NCBI GenBank assembly: GCA_048201935.1
Contig: DBFBGR010000024.1
Coordinates: 41,322 to 105,321, forward strand
Direction of reading: 5' to 3'
DNA from: Oscillospiraceae bacterium
Lineage (GTDB): Bacteria; Bacillota; Clostridia; Oscillospirales; Oscillospiraceae
Length of the DNA: 64,000 nt
Shown: in pieces, positions 18,101 through 30,100 of the stretch
How positions within the stretch are numbered: position 1 is the stretch's first letter
Layout of the letters: each line of letters opens with the position of its first letter
Made by a program: the position numbers and the translations under genes
The notes under the pieces: model-generated
Seen by the model: only the letters and a program-made list of their open reading frames with translations
The model's database searches: none
Told to the model about the DNA's origin: nothing

Positions 18101-21100
18101 CCGTCACGTCCATGTACTCGTTGCCGCCCAGCTTCTGGTCGGCGGCGTCGGTGCTGCCGTCGGCGCGGTGGACGGTGTTGCCGGTGTTGCTCACGGTGAA
18201 GAAGGGAGTCTTGTTGTCGTCCAGCTTACCGGCCTTCCAGAGCTCGGCAAAGTAGGCCGCGCCAGCGTCGGAGGCCATATCCACCCAGCTACCGTCGTCC
18301 TTTTGCAGCCACTTGGGGGTGATCATCAGCACCGCGTTGTCATAGATGGACAACGTGCCGTCGTTCTTGGCCTTGCCGCCGGAGGAGGCGTCCAGGATGG
18401 GGATGTTGGTGTTGCCCTTGGCGATCTGGTTGCCGCGGACATCGCCCTCCAGCGCCAGGGCCGGGATGCCGCCGAAGGCGGGCTCCAGGGTGGAGTTGGC
18501 GGTGGGCTTGAAGGTGTTCTCAAAGCGGGTGTGGCTGGTGCCCACGGGGCCCTTGTCCACCTTGGCGCTCATCGCGCCGCTGCCCCGGGTGCCGTTGGCG
18601 TCGGGATCGTCGTTGTTCACCTGCTGCCAGATGCTGAAGGAGAAGGCGTTGTCGGCCTGGATGCCCAGGATCACCGTGCCGGTATCCACATTGGTCTCGG
18701 CGCCGGCCTGGATCACCTTGTCGTCGGCGGCCTGAACGAAGGCCACGTTCTTGTTCTGCTCCGCGCCGGCGTCGTTGATCACGGCAGGCGCGACCACGCT
18801 GCTGCTGTTGCTGGGATCATCCAGCGTGCCCAGTCTGGCCTCCACACGGAAGGGAGTGGTGAAGCTGTCGCTGGCGATGGCGCTGGCCAGCGCGCCGGCG
18901 GCGGCGGTGTCGGTCAGGTCGGTATCCTTGGGCAGGGCCACGGCGTAGACCATGTACTTGGTGCCGTTCTTCTTCAAGCCGTTGATGGCCCAGCCGGTGT
19001 CCTTGTCGGCGTCGGTGTGGTTGGCCACACGGCCCACGACCTCGACCGTGCCGCTGACTCCCGCCTTGTAGAGGTCCAGCAGGGCCTTGGCGTCGGCGGG
19101 CGCGTCAGGCGCGGTGTCGGGAGTGCCGGGGTTGCTGTCAAAGTCGCCGGGGGTCTGGTCCACCACGATGTAGTAGACATCCACCGCCTTGTCCGACTCC
19201 ACATGCAGCCGGTCCACCTTGCCCTTCCGGGCCTCGTTGAGGCCGTTGCTGCCGGCGGGCACCAGGCTGCTGGCCACCACCTCCAGCGCGGGCGCGGTGG
19301 CGGGGAAGGTATAGGTCAGGGTCAGGGTGCCGTCGGCGTTCTTCTTCACGCTGACCGGCGTGTCGCTGTTCTTGCCGCCCAGGATGGTGTAGCCGGTGGC
19401 GGGAGTATCGTCGTCGCCGGGGGTAATGCCAGTATCGGCAATGTACTTATTGACAAACTCATGGTTACCGTCGGGGGTGAAGGTCACCGAGGCCGTGTAC
19501 TCCCGGCCGGGGGCGAACTTGTCGCCGGAGTTCAGGGTGTTGGTGCCGTCGCTCCACACCACGGTGACATCGGGATCAGTCACCGCCGGGAAGGGCAGCA
19601 GGTTGGTATCGGCGGCGGTCAGCTCGTCATGGGTCTCGTCGATGACCGCGCCGTAGACCGGGGCGTCGATGCCCGTGACCTTCAGCAGGGTGATGGGCGC
19701 CTTGACCACGGTGTACTTGGGCGTGTAGTCGCCGCCGTTGTCGGCGGGAGTACCGGTGGCGTTCTTCACCACGGTGACGCTGCGGGCGTTGCCCGCGCTG
19801 TCATTGGTCCGGCCCACCTGGAAGCGCAGGCCGTGGTCGCCCACCTCGGCGGCGTAGGCCGGACTGGCGGGCGCGAAGGTGGGCGCGGGGATGGACAGGT
19901 CGAACTCCGCGTAGCCGCCCAGGGGCAGGGTCAGCTCCTTGGTGGTGGCGTTCACATGGGTGGCGGTCACGTCGTCATAGCCGCCGCCATCCTTGGGCGC
20001 GTAGACCTTCACCGCGTCCAGATCGAAGGTGTGCTCGCTGGCGATGTTAGAGGCGGTGGTCTTGTTGCCCGTCAGGGAGGCGTTGGCCGCGCCGGTGAGG
20101 GTCACGCCGTCGATGGGGGCGTTGCCCAGGTTCACCAGCCGGACCTTGTAGTCCTTCTGGGCGTAAGCGCCGTAGACCAGCCCGGCCTTGGCGAAGCCCG
20201 TGCTGAGGGCGAAGGCGCCGGTATCGGGAGTGGTCTGCTCGCTGCCGGTAAAGTTATCCTGCCACTGGACGTAATAGGTGGAGGCCAGCAGGTCGATGTA
20301 GTTCTCGGGCTTGCTGTCGGTGGCGTTGGTGGCCACGCTGCCGTCGGCGGCCAGGCCGTCGTCGTCACCGTCCACGGTGAAGGTCAGGGGCAGGTCGGCG
20401 GCGGTGTCGCCGTCAAAGCGGGCCTTGCCCAGGGTGGTGCCCGTCTCGGCCACGGCGGAGATGGTGTACTCCCCGGCGGGGACCTGGGCGAAGACCACGG
20501 TGCCGCCGTTGGCAATATCATTGCCCGCGGCGTCCTTGGTGACGGTCTTGGTGCTAAAGCTGGTCACCGTCTCGGTGGTGTCCAGCGCCACATTCTTGAG
20601 CTTGCCAGAGCCGGTGATGACGAACTTCACATCGTAGAGGTTCTGGGTCAGCTTGCCGGAGAAGGTCTTGTTCTGGATACCGCTTTCCACCTTCATGCCG
20701 TCGGAGAGCACGTGCTTCACGCCGCTCACGTCGGTGGCGTCGGCGTAGGCAAAGGCCGTCGTGTTGGTGTTCTTAGCCCAGTCAGTGGCGTTCAAGGTGT
20801 AGTGCTGCTTGGTCTTCCAGTCGTCGTTGCCGGCTTGGTTCTTGGTGTCGGCGTTCACGTCCACCTGGACGTACATCCCCTCCAGGACCGGAGTGCCGCT
20901 GGCGGTCAGGGCGGTGTTGTAGGCCGCGTCGGACTTGGCGTCGGAGACCTTCACGCCCAGGGCGCTGGGCAGAGGCCCGGCCAGAGCGGAGGCAAAGTCG
21001 GCATAGGTGCTGTTCACCGCCACATCCGGCGTGTAGTTCACCGTCCAGTAGGGCACGGTGACCTCGTCCACGATGGCGCTGTCCTTCTTACCCAGGCGCA

Positions 21101-24100
21101 GGCCGGTGTCCACATAGGTGGTGGTATTGCCCTTGGTGATGGGGGCGTAGACCGCGTAGGTCTTGGTAACGTCGATGGTGAGCTGGTAGCTGTCCTTGGT
21201 GGTATCGATGCCCTGCCAGGTCTCGGCGATGTCCACCGTGGTGTCCGCCGTGCCGTCGCCCTTCAAGGGATGGACCTTGAAGGTGTAGCTGGCATTGTCG
21301 GCGGCGGCCATGGCCGCGCCGTCCACGTTGACCTTGATCTGGACCAGCTTCTGGGTGGCGATGGCGTCGGAGACGGCCAGCTCGCTGGCGTTCACCTGAT
21401 CACTGGGCGCGTAGGCCACCAGATAGAGGTTCTTGCCCAGGTCGTTGTTGGTCAGCGTGTGCTGCTTGCCGGTGGTGAGGGCGCTCACGCCGGTACCGTT
21501 GGAGCTCACCGCGCCGGAGGCCACGCTGAGGCTGGCGGTAAAGTCTGCCTTGCTCATGGAGGTGGGAGCGCTGAACCAAGCGTACTTCACGTCGGTGCCG
21601 TCCACCAGCTTGGTGTTGGCGGCCACGGCGGCGGTGGTGGTCTTGCCGTCGTCGTCCACCAGGACCTTATCAAAGCCCTGGTTGGTCCCGCTCATGTCCT
21701 CAAGCTGCACGGCGTCGCCGGTCTTGGGCGGCGTGGTGATGACGCTGCCGCCGCTGACGGCCTCGGCGCTCACGCCCACGATGGGCAGAGGCTTGACCTC
21801 AAAGTCCAGCACGTAGTAGACCACGGGGCCCGCCGCGTCGCCGTTTTTGGAGACATAGCGCAGGATGTAGACCGCGTCGTCGGTGTTGACCGCGTCCTTG
21901 TTGATGGTGATGGTGGCGGCGGAGACGGCGGCCTTCTCGTTGCCGTCAATGGAGCCGTTGCCGTCCTTATCGCCCTCGGTCCCGGCGGCCAGCGGCGTAT
22001 CGTCGGCCAGCAGGCCGGTAAAGCTCACGATGGCCGTACCGGTGGCGGGATCTTGGGCGGCGTTGCCCGAGATGGTCATGGCCGTGCCCAACTGGGCGGT
22101 GTTAGACCAGTCGGTGATGGCGGCAAGGCCGGTCTTGCTGGTCTTATAGAGCTCCATGCTCACCGTCAGGTCGGTGTTGCCCGGGTTGTAGAGGTCCACA
22201 TGCAGGCCCTTGTGGTTGGCCAGCTCCTTGTAGAACACGCTCTCGGTGTGCTTGGCCTGCTTGTAGTTGCTGCTGGCCGACGTGGTGGAGGTGGCGGTGT
22301 GGTCGGTGGGCGCATCCTGGTCGGCCACCTTGAGCTGGATATCGGACTGGGCCAGGATCACGGTGAACTCGTTGCCCGCCGTGGTCACGGAGGCGCCGGT
22401 CAGGGTCTTGCCGCCCACCGGCGTGGTGGAGTTCCACTGCATCTGCTGGATGGTGGTGCTGGGGCCATCCACCGCCGTGATGGTATAGGTGCCCGCCACC
22501 ACCTTAAAGATGATGGTGTCGCCCTCGTCGCCGGTCTCGGTGTTGGAGTTGGTGTTGGCGATGCCGTTTTCATATCCGCCGCCGGTCTTGGCGGGGTTGA
22601 TGCCGCCGCTGGTCTCGGTGGTGTAGACGTTGCCGTTGGCGTCCTCCATGGTCACCGAGGCCACCGTGCCCGGCGTGCCGGAGATGTTGCCCTTGACCGT
22701 GTAGGTGTTCTGGTCCAGGCGGCCGCCGATGAAGGTCTTGGTGGTGATGGTCCAGGCCCGGCCGGTGAGGGCGGTGGCGGAGGTCTCAGTGACGGCGTTA
22801 CCGCTGACCGTCACATCGGACAGGTCGTTATCGGTGGCGCTGGCCTGGTCGTTCTTCTGCAGGTCGCGCCAGGTCAGGGTGTAGTCCTGGTCCCAGGCCT
22901 TGCCGTCGCCGGCGGTGCCGCCGTCGCTAAACTTGGCGGTGACGCTCTGGTCCTTCAGGATATTGCTGCCCGAGGCCACGCTCACCACGGAGCTGTCGGC
23001 CTTGGTGTAGGTAAATTCAGGCGAGGGATGGCTGGAGAAGGTCTCCTTCACCGCCTCCACATAGGGCTTATCCACCGTCTCCACAGCGGTGACGGTGAAG
23101 TACTCCGCGGTGGTGGCGGGAGCGGTGACGGTAACATCGGCCACCTTCACCATCTCGTCGGCCAGCGGCGCCTTGCCCACGCTGGCGTTGGCGGCATAGG
23201 TCTTGCTGGGATCGAGATAGCTGTCGCTGACGTAGGCCCAGTCGGGATCGGCGTCGGTGCCCAGGTTGGTCCAGGTGCTCTCCACCTTATTGCCGCCCTC
23301 GGTGAAGGTCACCGTGTAGGCCGGGTCGGCGGCGGCGTTGTAACGCGTGGCGTTCTCCTTCACCCGGACCACGCCCTGGAAGCCGGTGCGGATGGGGGCG
23401 GAGATGGCGGCCTTGACCACCTTGTTGTTGCTGGTGGCGTAGATCATCAGGTAGATGTACTTGCCCTGGTTGGCCTGGATGACCGCGTCGGTCAGATCCT
23501 GGTCCTGGGTGCCGATCTCGGTGGCGGTCTTGCTGTTCTTGAAGTTCACCGTCACCGTGCCCGAAGCGTCCGCCCAGTCAAGGTCGGCGTTGGCGATGGT
23601 ATTGTCCGCGCTGGCATACCAGGCGTAGTGGTAGTCGGTGCCCTCGGTGAGGTAACTGGGATCGGCGCTGGTCTTGCCGAAGAGGTCGATGGTGCTGGTC
23701 TCGTACTCATTCAGCGCCAGGTCCTTGTCCTCCACCAGGAAGCTACCCATGGTGGAGCCGTCGGCATACTTCATGGACACGTCCACGAACTCCACCGGCT
23801 CCACCTTGATGGTCAGGGTGTAGGTGACCTTGGCGGTGTCGCTGCCGCCGTCGGTGTGGGCAAAGCTGAACTCCACCGGCGCGGTGTAGGTGCCCACGGT
23901 CAGGCCCTGGGCGATGGAGATGGTCTCGGTGGTGCTGAGGAGCAAGCCGTCCATATCCGGCTTGCCGGACAGATTGGCGTTGGTGATGCTCACCTTGCCG
24001 CCGTTGGCGCCGCTGGCGCCGTCGATGCCGCTGTCGTCCAGCGTCACGTCATAGATGGTCTGCGGGGTGCCCGAAACCAGATTACTGTTGTTGGCAACGG

Positions 24101-27100
24101 TCACCACGATGTCCTTCTGGGCGTAGCCATAGGGCAGCGTTACGGTCTGCTTCAGCTCACCATCGCTGGCGGCGGTACTGTATAGCGCCTCGCCGTAGCC
24201 CGTGGCGCTCAGGTCGGTGGACACCCTCAGCTTCTGGCCCGTGGACAGAAGCACCACGTCGAAGGTCTTGTTGTCGGTGGTCACCGTGGTATCGTCCGTG
24301 GTGATGGTGGCGGTGGTGCTTCCCGTCGCGGGCACATTGTAGCCGCTGAGGGTGGTGCCGGCGGTCGCCTTGGCGGTAGCGGTATAGGAGCCCTTGGGCA
24401 CCTGGAAGGTCTTGTTGGTACCAGCGTTGATCTTGCTCTCCGCGCCGCCGATGGCCTGGATACCGCCGGTGGCGGCGGTGGTGAAGGTGTTGGTGCCGTC
24501 ACTCAGGGTGACCACATCCACCGAGCCCGAGCCAATGACATGGACCTCGATGGGATAGAGGTTCAGCTTCAGCTCAGTATCCACCGTCTGGTTGGCGGAC
24601 ATGCTCACGCTCTGGGTCACAGCGGAGGTGGAGGGCCCGTCGTCGGTGGCGGTGAGGGCGGTGGTCCAGTTCAGGTCATAGTCCTTGTCCCAGGCCACAT
24701 AGCTCAGCGTCACCGCGCTGTTCTTCAGCACCCACTGGCCCGTCGTCACCCCAATGGTGCCGGAGGCGGTGTCGGGCACGGTGGCGGTGGGCTTGGCGGC
24801 GGGGATATCCGAAGCGTCGTCCTTATAGAAGGCCGCGCCGCTGAGGCCAGTGTAGACGTTGTCCACCGTAGTGTCGTTGATGGTCAGTTGCTGATAGACC
24901 ACCTTGGGCCGCTCAGAGGCATAGGTCCCGCCGGCGTTAAAGTCGCTGTCGGCGATGGTGAGGACCTTCTTGAATTCCTTGCTGGCGGCGGTCTGGGTGC
25001 CCTTGATGTTGGCGTAGATGTCGTACTCCTTGCCCGCCACGCTGTCCATGGCGAAGGCGTCGGTGCCGTCCCAGGTCAGGGCGGTGGCGGTGCTCAGGTC
25101 AAAGGCCGCGCCCTTTTCCACGTAATAGAGCTCGTAGCCGCTGGGCGCGGAGGAGCCGGTCTTCTTGGTGGTGTCCTCAAAGAGCTCGATCTTCACCTGC
25201 CGCAGGCCGGGGATGGTATCGCTCATGGCCGCCATGGAGGCGTTGTTGCCGCCCTTGGCCACCACAAAGAGCTTCTTGCCCGCGTAGTTATAAACGCCCG
25301 TCAGGTCCAGCTTGGTGTTGTTCTCAGACAGGCCGGTGGAGATGGGGCTCGCCGCCGCGCCGCCCACCGTCACCGCGCCGGTGGTGGTGTTCAGAACGGG
25401 GTTGGCGGTATAGTCCACAGCGTACCACTCGAAGGTCACGTCGCTGCCGGCGGCGGCGGCGTCGGAGATGTCCAGCTTCGAGGCGTCCAGCCCGGTCTGG
25501 AAGGTCAGGTTATTATAGGTGTGGATGTTCCCCGTGGAGCTCACGCCCACGCTGGCCACCGGGATGGGATCCACCACCAGGTCCAGCTCATAGGTCACGC
25601 TGGGGCCGTAGACCAGGTCGGGCCCGGAGGTGCCTGTCTCGGTGGAGGTGAAGGCGAAGGTGTACTTCACGTCGTCGGCGTTGGCCAAGGTGGTGGGGAT
25701 GGTCACGGTGAACTCCTTGGTGTTGGCCGGGTTGGTCCCCACGTTGGCGGCTAGGGAGAACTTACCGCCGTCGGTGAGACCGGCGATGGTGACGTTCTTG
25801 GCGCTGGTGTAGGTGCCGCCCGTAGCGCCGCTGGAGATGGTGGAGAGGTCGACGGCGGTACCGCCCTCGCTCAGGGCCAGGGTCACGTCCAGATTGGTGT
25901 TGGCGGTGTTGGTGACGGTGACCTTATAGACCAACTGGTCGTTGGTGCTGTTATAGTTGTCGAAGATCTTGGTCCAAGTGGTTTTGGCGCTCTTGGACTT
26001 TACGCCCGCCTCAGCGGTCACCACGCTGGTGTGGGTAGCGGTGGCCTTGGCGATGGTGGCGTCCTCGCTGGGATTGGCAACGCCGCCCTTGTTGGTGTTG
26101 TCATCCTCCACCTTCAGCTCCCACTTGGAGGCGTTCACATGGATGAGGAACTGCTTTTCCGCCGCGGCGCTCACCGCCACATCCAGCGGCCCGATCTGAG
26201 CGGGGACGTTGGTGGCGCTGGGGAAGGTGGTGTACGCGCCAGAGTAGCCGATGACGGTGCTCCGGGGGTCGGTCTTGCCCTTAGCGGAGAGGACATACTT
26301 CTCGCCCACCTTGGCCCCGGCGATGGACTTGGGCACCTTGAAGGTGACCACGCCCGCGTCACCGCCGGAGAGGGTCACGGCGACGGAGGGCTCGAACACA
26401 TACTTCTCCGTGGTCCCGTCCATCACGGCCAACTGGGCCGAGGCGATCTGGCCGCCGCCGGTGGCCCGGACCTGGCCCTTCACCTCATAGGTGTTCTGCT
26501 TCAACTGGCCGGTGATCTTGGTGGCATGGGTAATGCCAACGGCCATGGTATAGCCGTTGGTATTGGCGTCAGTGCTGGTCTTGTCGGCGTCCTTCTTCGC
26601 CAAGGTCGGCGTGGCGGAGCCGGTCACGGCGGCCTCGTCGGAATACCAGTCCACATTGTAGTCCTGGCTCCACTTCTCGGAGACGGCCTTGACCTTGGTG
26701 GTCTTCAAGATGGCGTTGCCGTTGGGCACGGTGATGGCGTTGCCCACGGTGGTGGCGGAGAGGCCGGGCATATTGTCATAGTCCCAGGCCTCGCCCACCT
26801 CGGCGTTGTTCTTGTCCTTGGCGTGGACCAGGTAGGGATGGACGGCGTTGGTGTCGGTGCCCTTGTTGGCCTCGGTCCAGCCCTCCTTGCCCATGTCCAC
26901 CAGGGTCAGGGTGTAGTAGTCCACCGTCTTGGTGGGCGCGGTGGGCGTGATGGTCCCCTGGTCGCGCCACTTGCCCTCGGTGAAGGTTCCCTCCACCTCG
27001 TTGACGTAGACCTTGTAGGTGGTCCCGCCCACCAGGCCGTAGCCGCTGGTCTTATAGGTATGGGTGGCGGTGTCGTACCGGGCCTGGACCGCCCCGGTGG

Positions 27101-30100
27101 TGGCGGAGATATCAGTGGCGTTGGGGTCGGTGCCGTCGGGGATGAGCCACACCTTGTAACGTCCCTCGGCGGCGGCCTGGGTGGTCTCGGTCACCGCCAC
27201 CTCGTCCTCACGCACGGTGATAGTCCCATCAAAGTCCACGGCAATGGCGTTGGTGATGACCGCCTTGCTGCCGGTGCCGCTGGCGGTGACGATGGCGAAG
27301 ACGTACTGGCCCTCGGCGGCGGCGGGGATGGCGCTGAGGGTGGCGCTGGTCTCGCCGGAGATGGCGTTCACATTGCTGTTGCCACTACTGGCGGCGGTCA
27401 ACGCGGCGGCGGCGTCATTGTAGTTGGGATGGCCCGCCTGGCTGTTGTTGTGGTCGGAGCTGTCCGCCAAGCTCTGGGTGGGCGCCTTGTCCGCGCGGTA
27501 CCACTGCCAGGTCAGATCGCCGGGCAGAATATTCTCGTGGAAGTGCTGCACGTACTCCAGCGCCGCGCCCGGTGCGGCGTGGACGGCGGAGGCGTTGCCC
27601 TTCACCTGCACGTCGGTCTGGGTCAGCTTGTTCTGGTAGACCTCAATGACCAGGTCGGCCTTCCGGTCGGTCTGTGTGCCATTGGCGGGCGTTTTGGAGG
27701 CGAAGGTCAACTCATAGGTGTCCTTGGCTAGCGTCTTCAGGAAGGTATCCTTCAGGGTGATGGTGGACACACCGCCAGTGGTGGAAACGGTATAATCCGT
27801 CCCCAGTGTCAGATCCGTGCTCGCGCCGGACGCGCCCTTCTTCTTGTAGCTCAGCTTTTCATAGGTAGCGTCGTTGGCCGTCCAGCTGTAGACCGGCTCC
27901 GCATTGGTGATGCTGGTGTTCGGAACGGTCGCGCCCGTCGCCACACCTAAGTAATAGGTGCGGCTGCTGGGGGAAACAGTGGGCCAGATCCAATAGTTGG
28001 GCGTCAGCTCCGTATCCGCCTTAGGCGTAAACTTGGCCGTCCTATCATTGGCCGTCTCGCCCGTACCCGTGCCGAAGGTGGGCGACCCGGTGGCCGTCCA
28101 CTTCTGGAAGATATAATCGGTGGGGTCGGCGGTCAAGGCAGACAAAGTGATGGCCTCGCCGTCGTCCACCATGATAAAGCCGTTGGCCGCCAGGGTCTTG
28201 GCCGCCGTGGTGGTGGGCGTCATGGTCACGCCGATGCCCGTGGGCGCCGTACCGCCGCTCAACGTCACCGCCGCGGGCTTCAACGTCACCTTATGCTGCT
28301 GGACGTACTGGGGGTCCAGGAAGATGGGGGCGTTGGTGGTGGTGGAGGGCGCGGTGGCGTCCACGGTGTAGGCCCCGCCGGTGGCCACCGTCGCGTCGGT
28401 GGCGGAGGCGGTGGCGCTCACCACGTGCTGCTGCCACTTGTCAAAGCGGTAGTGGTAGCTACCGCTGGCGTTGGCATTGGTACCGTCGGTGAGGGTGATC
28501 TGCCCGTTGGCGGGGATGACGATGGCGTGGAGCGCGCCGGCGGTGGTGTCGTTGGCGGGCACCACCGTAGCGGCGCTCACACCGGTCACGGTGGCGGGCT
28601 TGGTGACGAACTTGGGCGTACCCTTGACGTTGCTGCCATCTTTATACTCGGCGGCGGAGAACTGGACGGTGTAGAGGTCCTTCACGTCATACTCCGCCTG
28701 GGCCGCGCCACCCGCCACCTGGGTGTTGTTCACATTGGTGGTCCCGGTGGCGTAGCCGTCCACATAGACAGTGTAGGTGCCGTCCCAGGCCACCTGGGCG
28801 GTCCACACGCCGCTACCCGCGGAAGTCTCGGTCAGCGTCACATTCCCCGCCTTCTTCGCCTCGGTCCCGGCGGTGGGCACCAGGATCACCGAGGTGATGT
28901 TAGCGCCGCTGGGCGCGGTCACGCCGTCGGGATAGGTCTTGATCTGGACCTTGAACTTGGCGGGATTGACCACGTTCACCGTCACCGGCACGGTGACGGT
29001 CACGTCGCCGTCGGTGACCTTCAGGTCGGCCACATAGACGCCCACGCCCAGACCCGTGCCAAAGCTCACCGGCACGGTGGTCTTCTTCCCGGTGTCCAGG
29101 CCGCCTACGGCGTTGAGGTTGGTGGTGACGATGGTCCCGGCAGTGATGGTGCTGGAGCCGTCGGTCTGACCGCTGCCCAGCGTCTTAGCCACGATGCTGG
29201 CGGTCAACTGCTTGGTGTTGGCGGTGGCCAGGTTCGCGAGGTCCACACTGCCGGTCAGGGCGGTGGTGTAGCCCGCGTCGATGGTGAACACCACGCCGTT
29301 GCTCCAGGCCACGCCGGTGGCGGCGGCGGCAGTGATGGTATCGCCGCTGGCCTTCAGGTTCTTAAAGCTGGCTTGGAGGGTGGTATCCTGGCTGGGAGCA
29401 TAGTAGGCCGTGGCCCCGGGCACAGCCCCGGAGTCCATGGCGGTACCGGCGGCGTCCTTCTTCCAAGCGCCGTCGCCGGAGATCTTCGTCCACTCCACAA
29501 AGGCGTAATCATTCATCGCCGTGGCGGTGGTGGGCGTAGCCTTCACCGTGGCGACGCTGTCCTTGTCGATGGCGGTGCTCAGCTTATTGCTGGCGATGGT
29601 GCCGCCGTTGGTCACCTCCACCGTACCGCCGGCCACGTTGCCCGTGGCGGGGGTGGGAGTCTGCACCTGCAGGGTCAGTACGGTGATATAGTTGGCGTAG
29701 ATGGTCACGTCCTTGGTGATGGCCCCGGTGTCCTTGGTCTTAAAGGTCAGGGTGGTATTCTGGCTGTCGGCGTTGGCCACGGCGGACACGGCGGTGGTGC
29801 TCACCGTGCCGTCCATCGCCGTCTCATAGGTGGTCCAAAGGGTGTTCCCCGCCCCGTCCTTGGTGGCGTTGCGCAGCCGCAGCCCCGCTCCGGCGTTGCT
29901 GGCATTCATAGTGATGACCACATTGCTGGCGGTCTCGGGCACATAGAGATCGTAGACCAGATTGCCCGTTGCCGGAATCGCCGTGGTAATGGGCGCGTTG
30001 GCGCCCCGGATAGTGGCCTTGGTCTTAGCGTCGCTGGGCTTATAGTCGGTGGTGCCGTCGTTCAGCGCGCCGTCGATCTTGGTGTCGATGATGACCTTGA

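Noticed and set aside
11040-24185. 4381-aa plus-strand ORF, and similar ORFs at 24540-25754, 26031-27731 and 28293-34889 (2198 aa), antisense to the giant gene
   Set aside because: The translations are low-complexity G/V/A/H/D/L strings with no recognisable domains, signal sequence or RBS. They lie exactly opposite a frame that has an RBS, signal peptide and SLH and Flg_new motifs. Long stop-free antisense frames are expected in GC-rich genes with G/C-ending codons.
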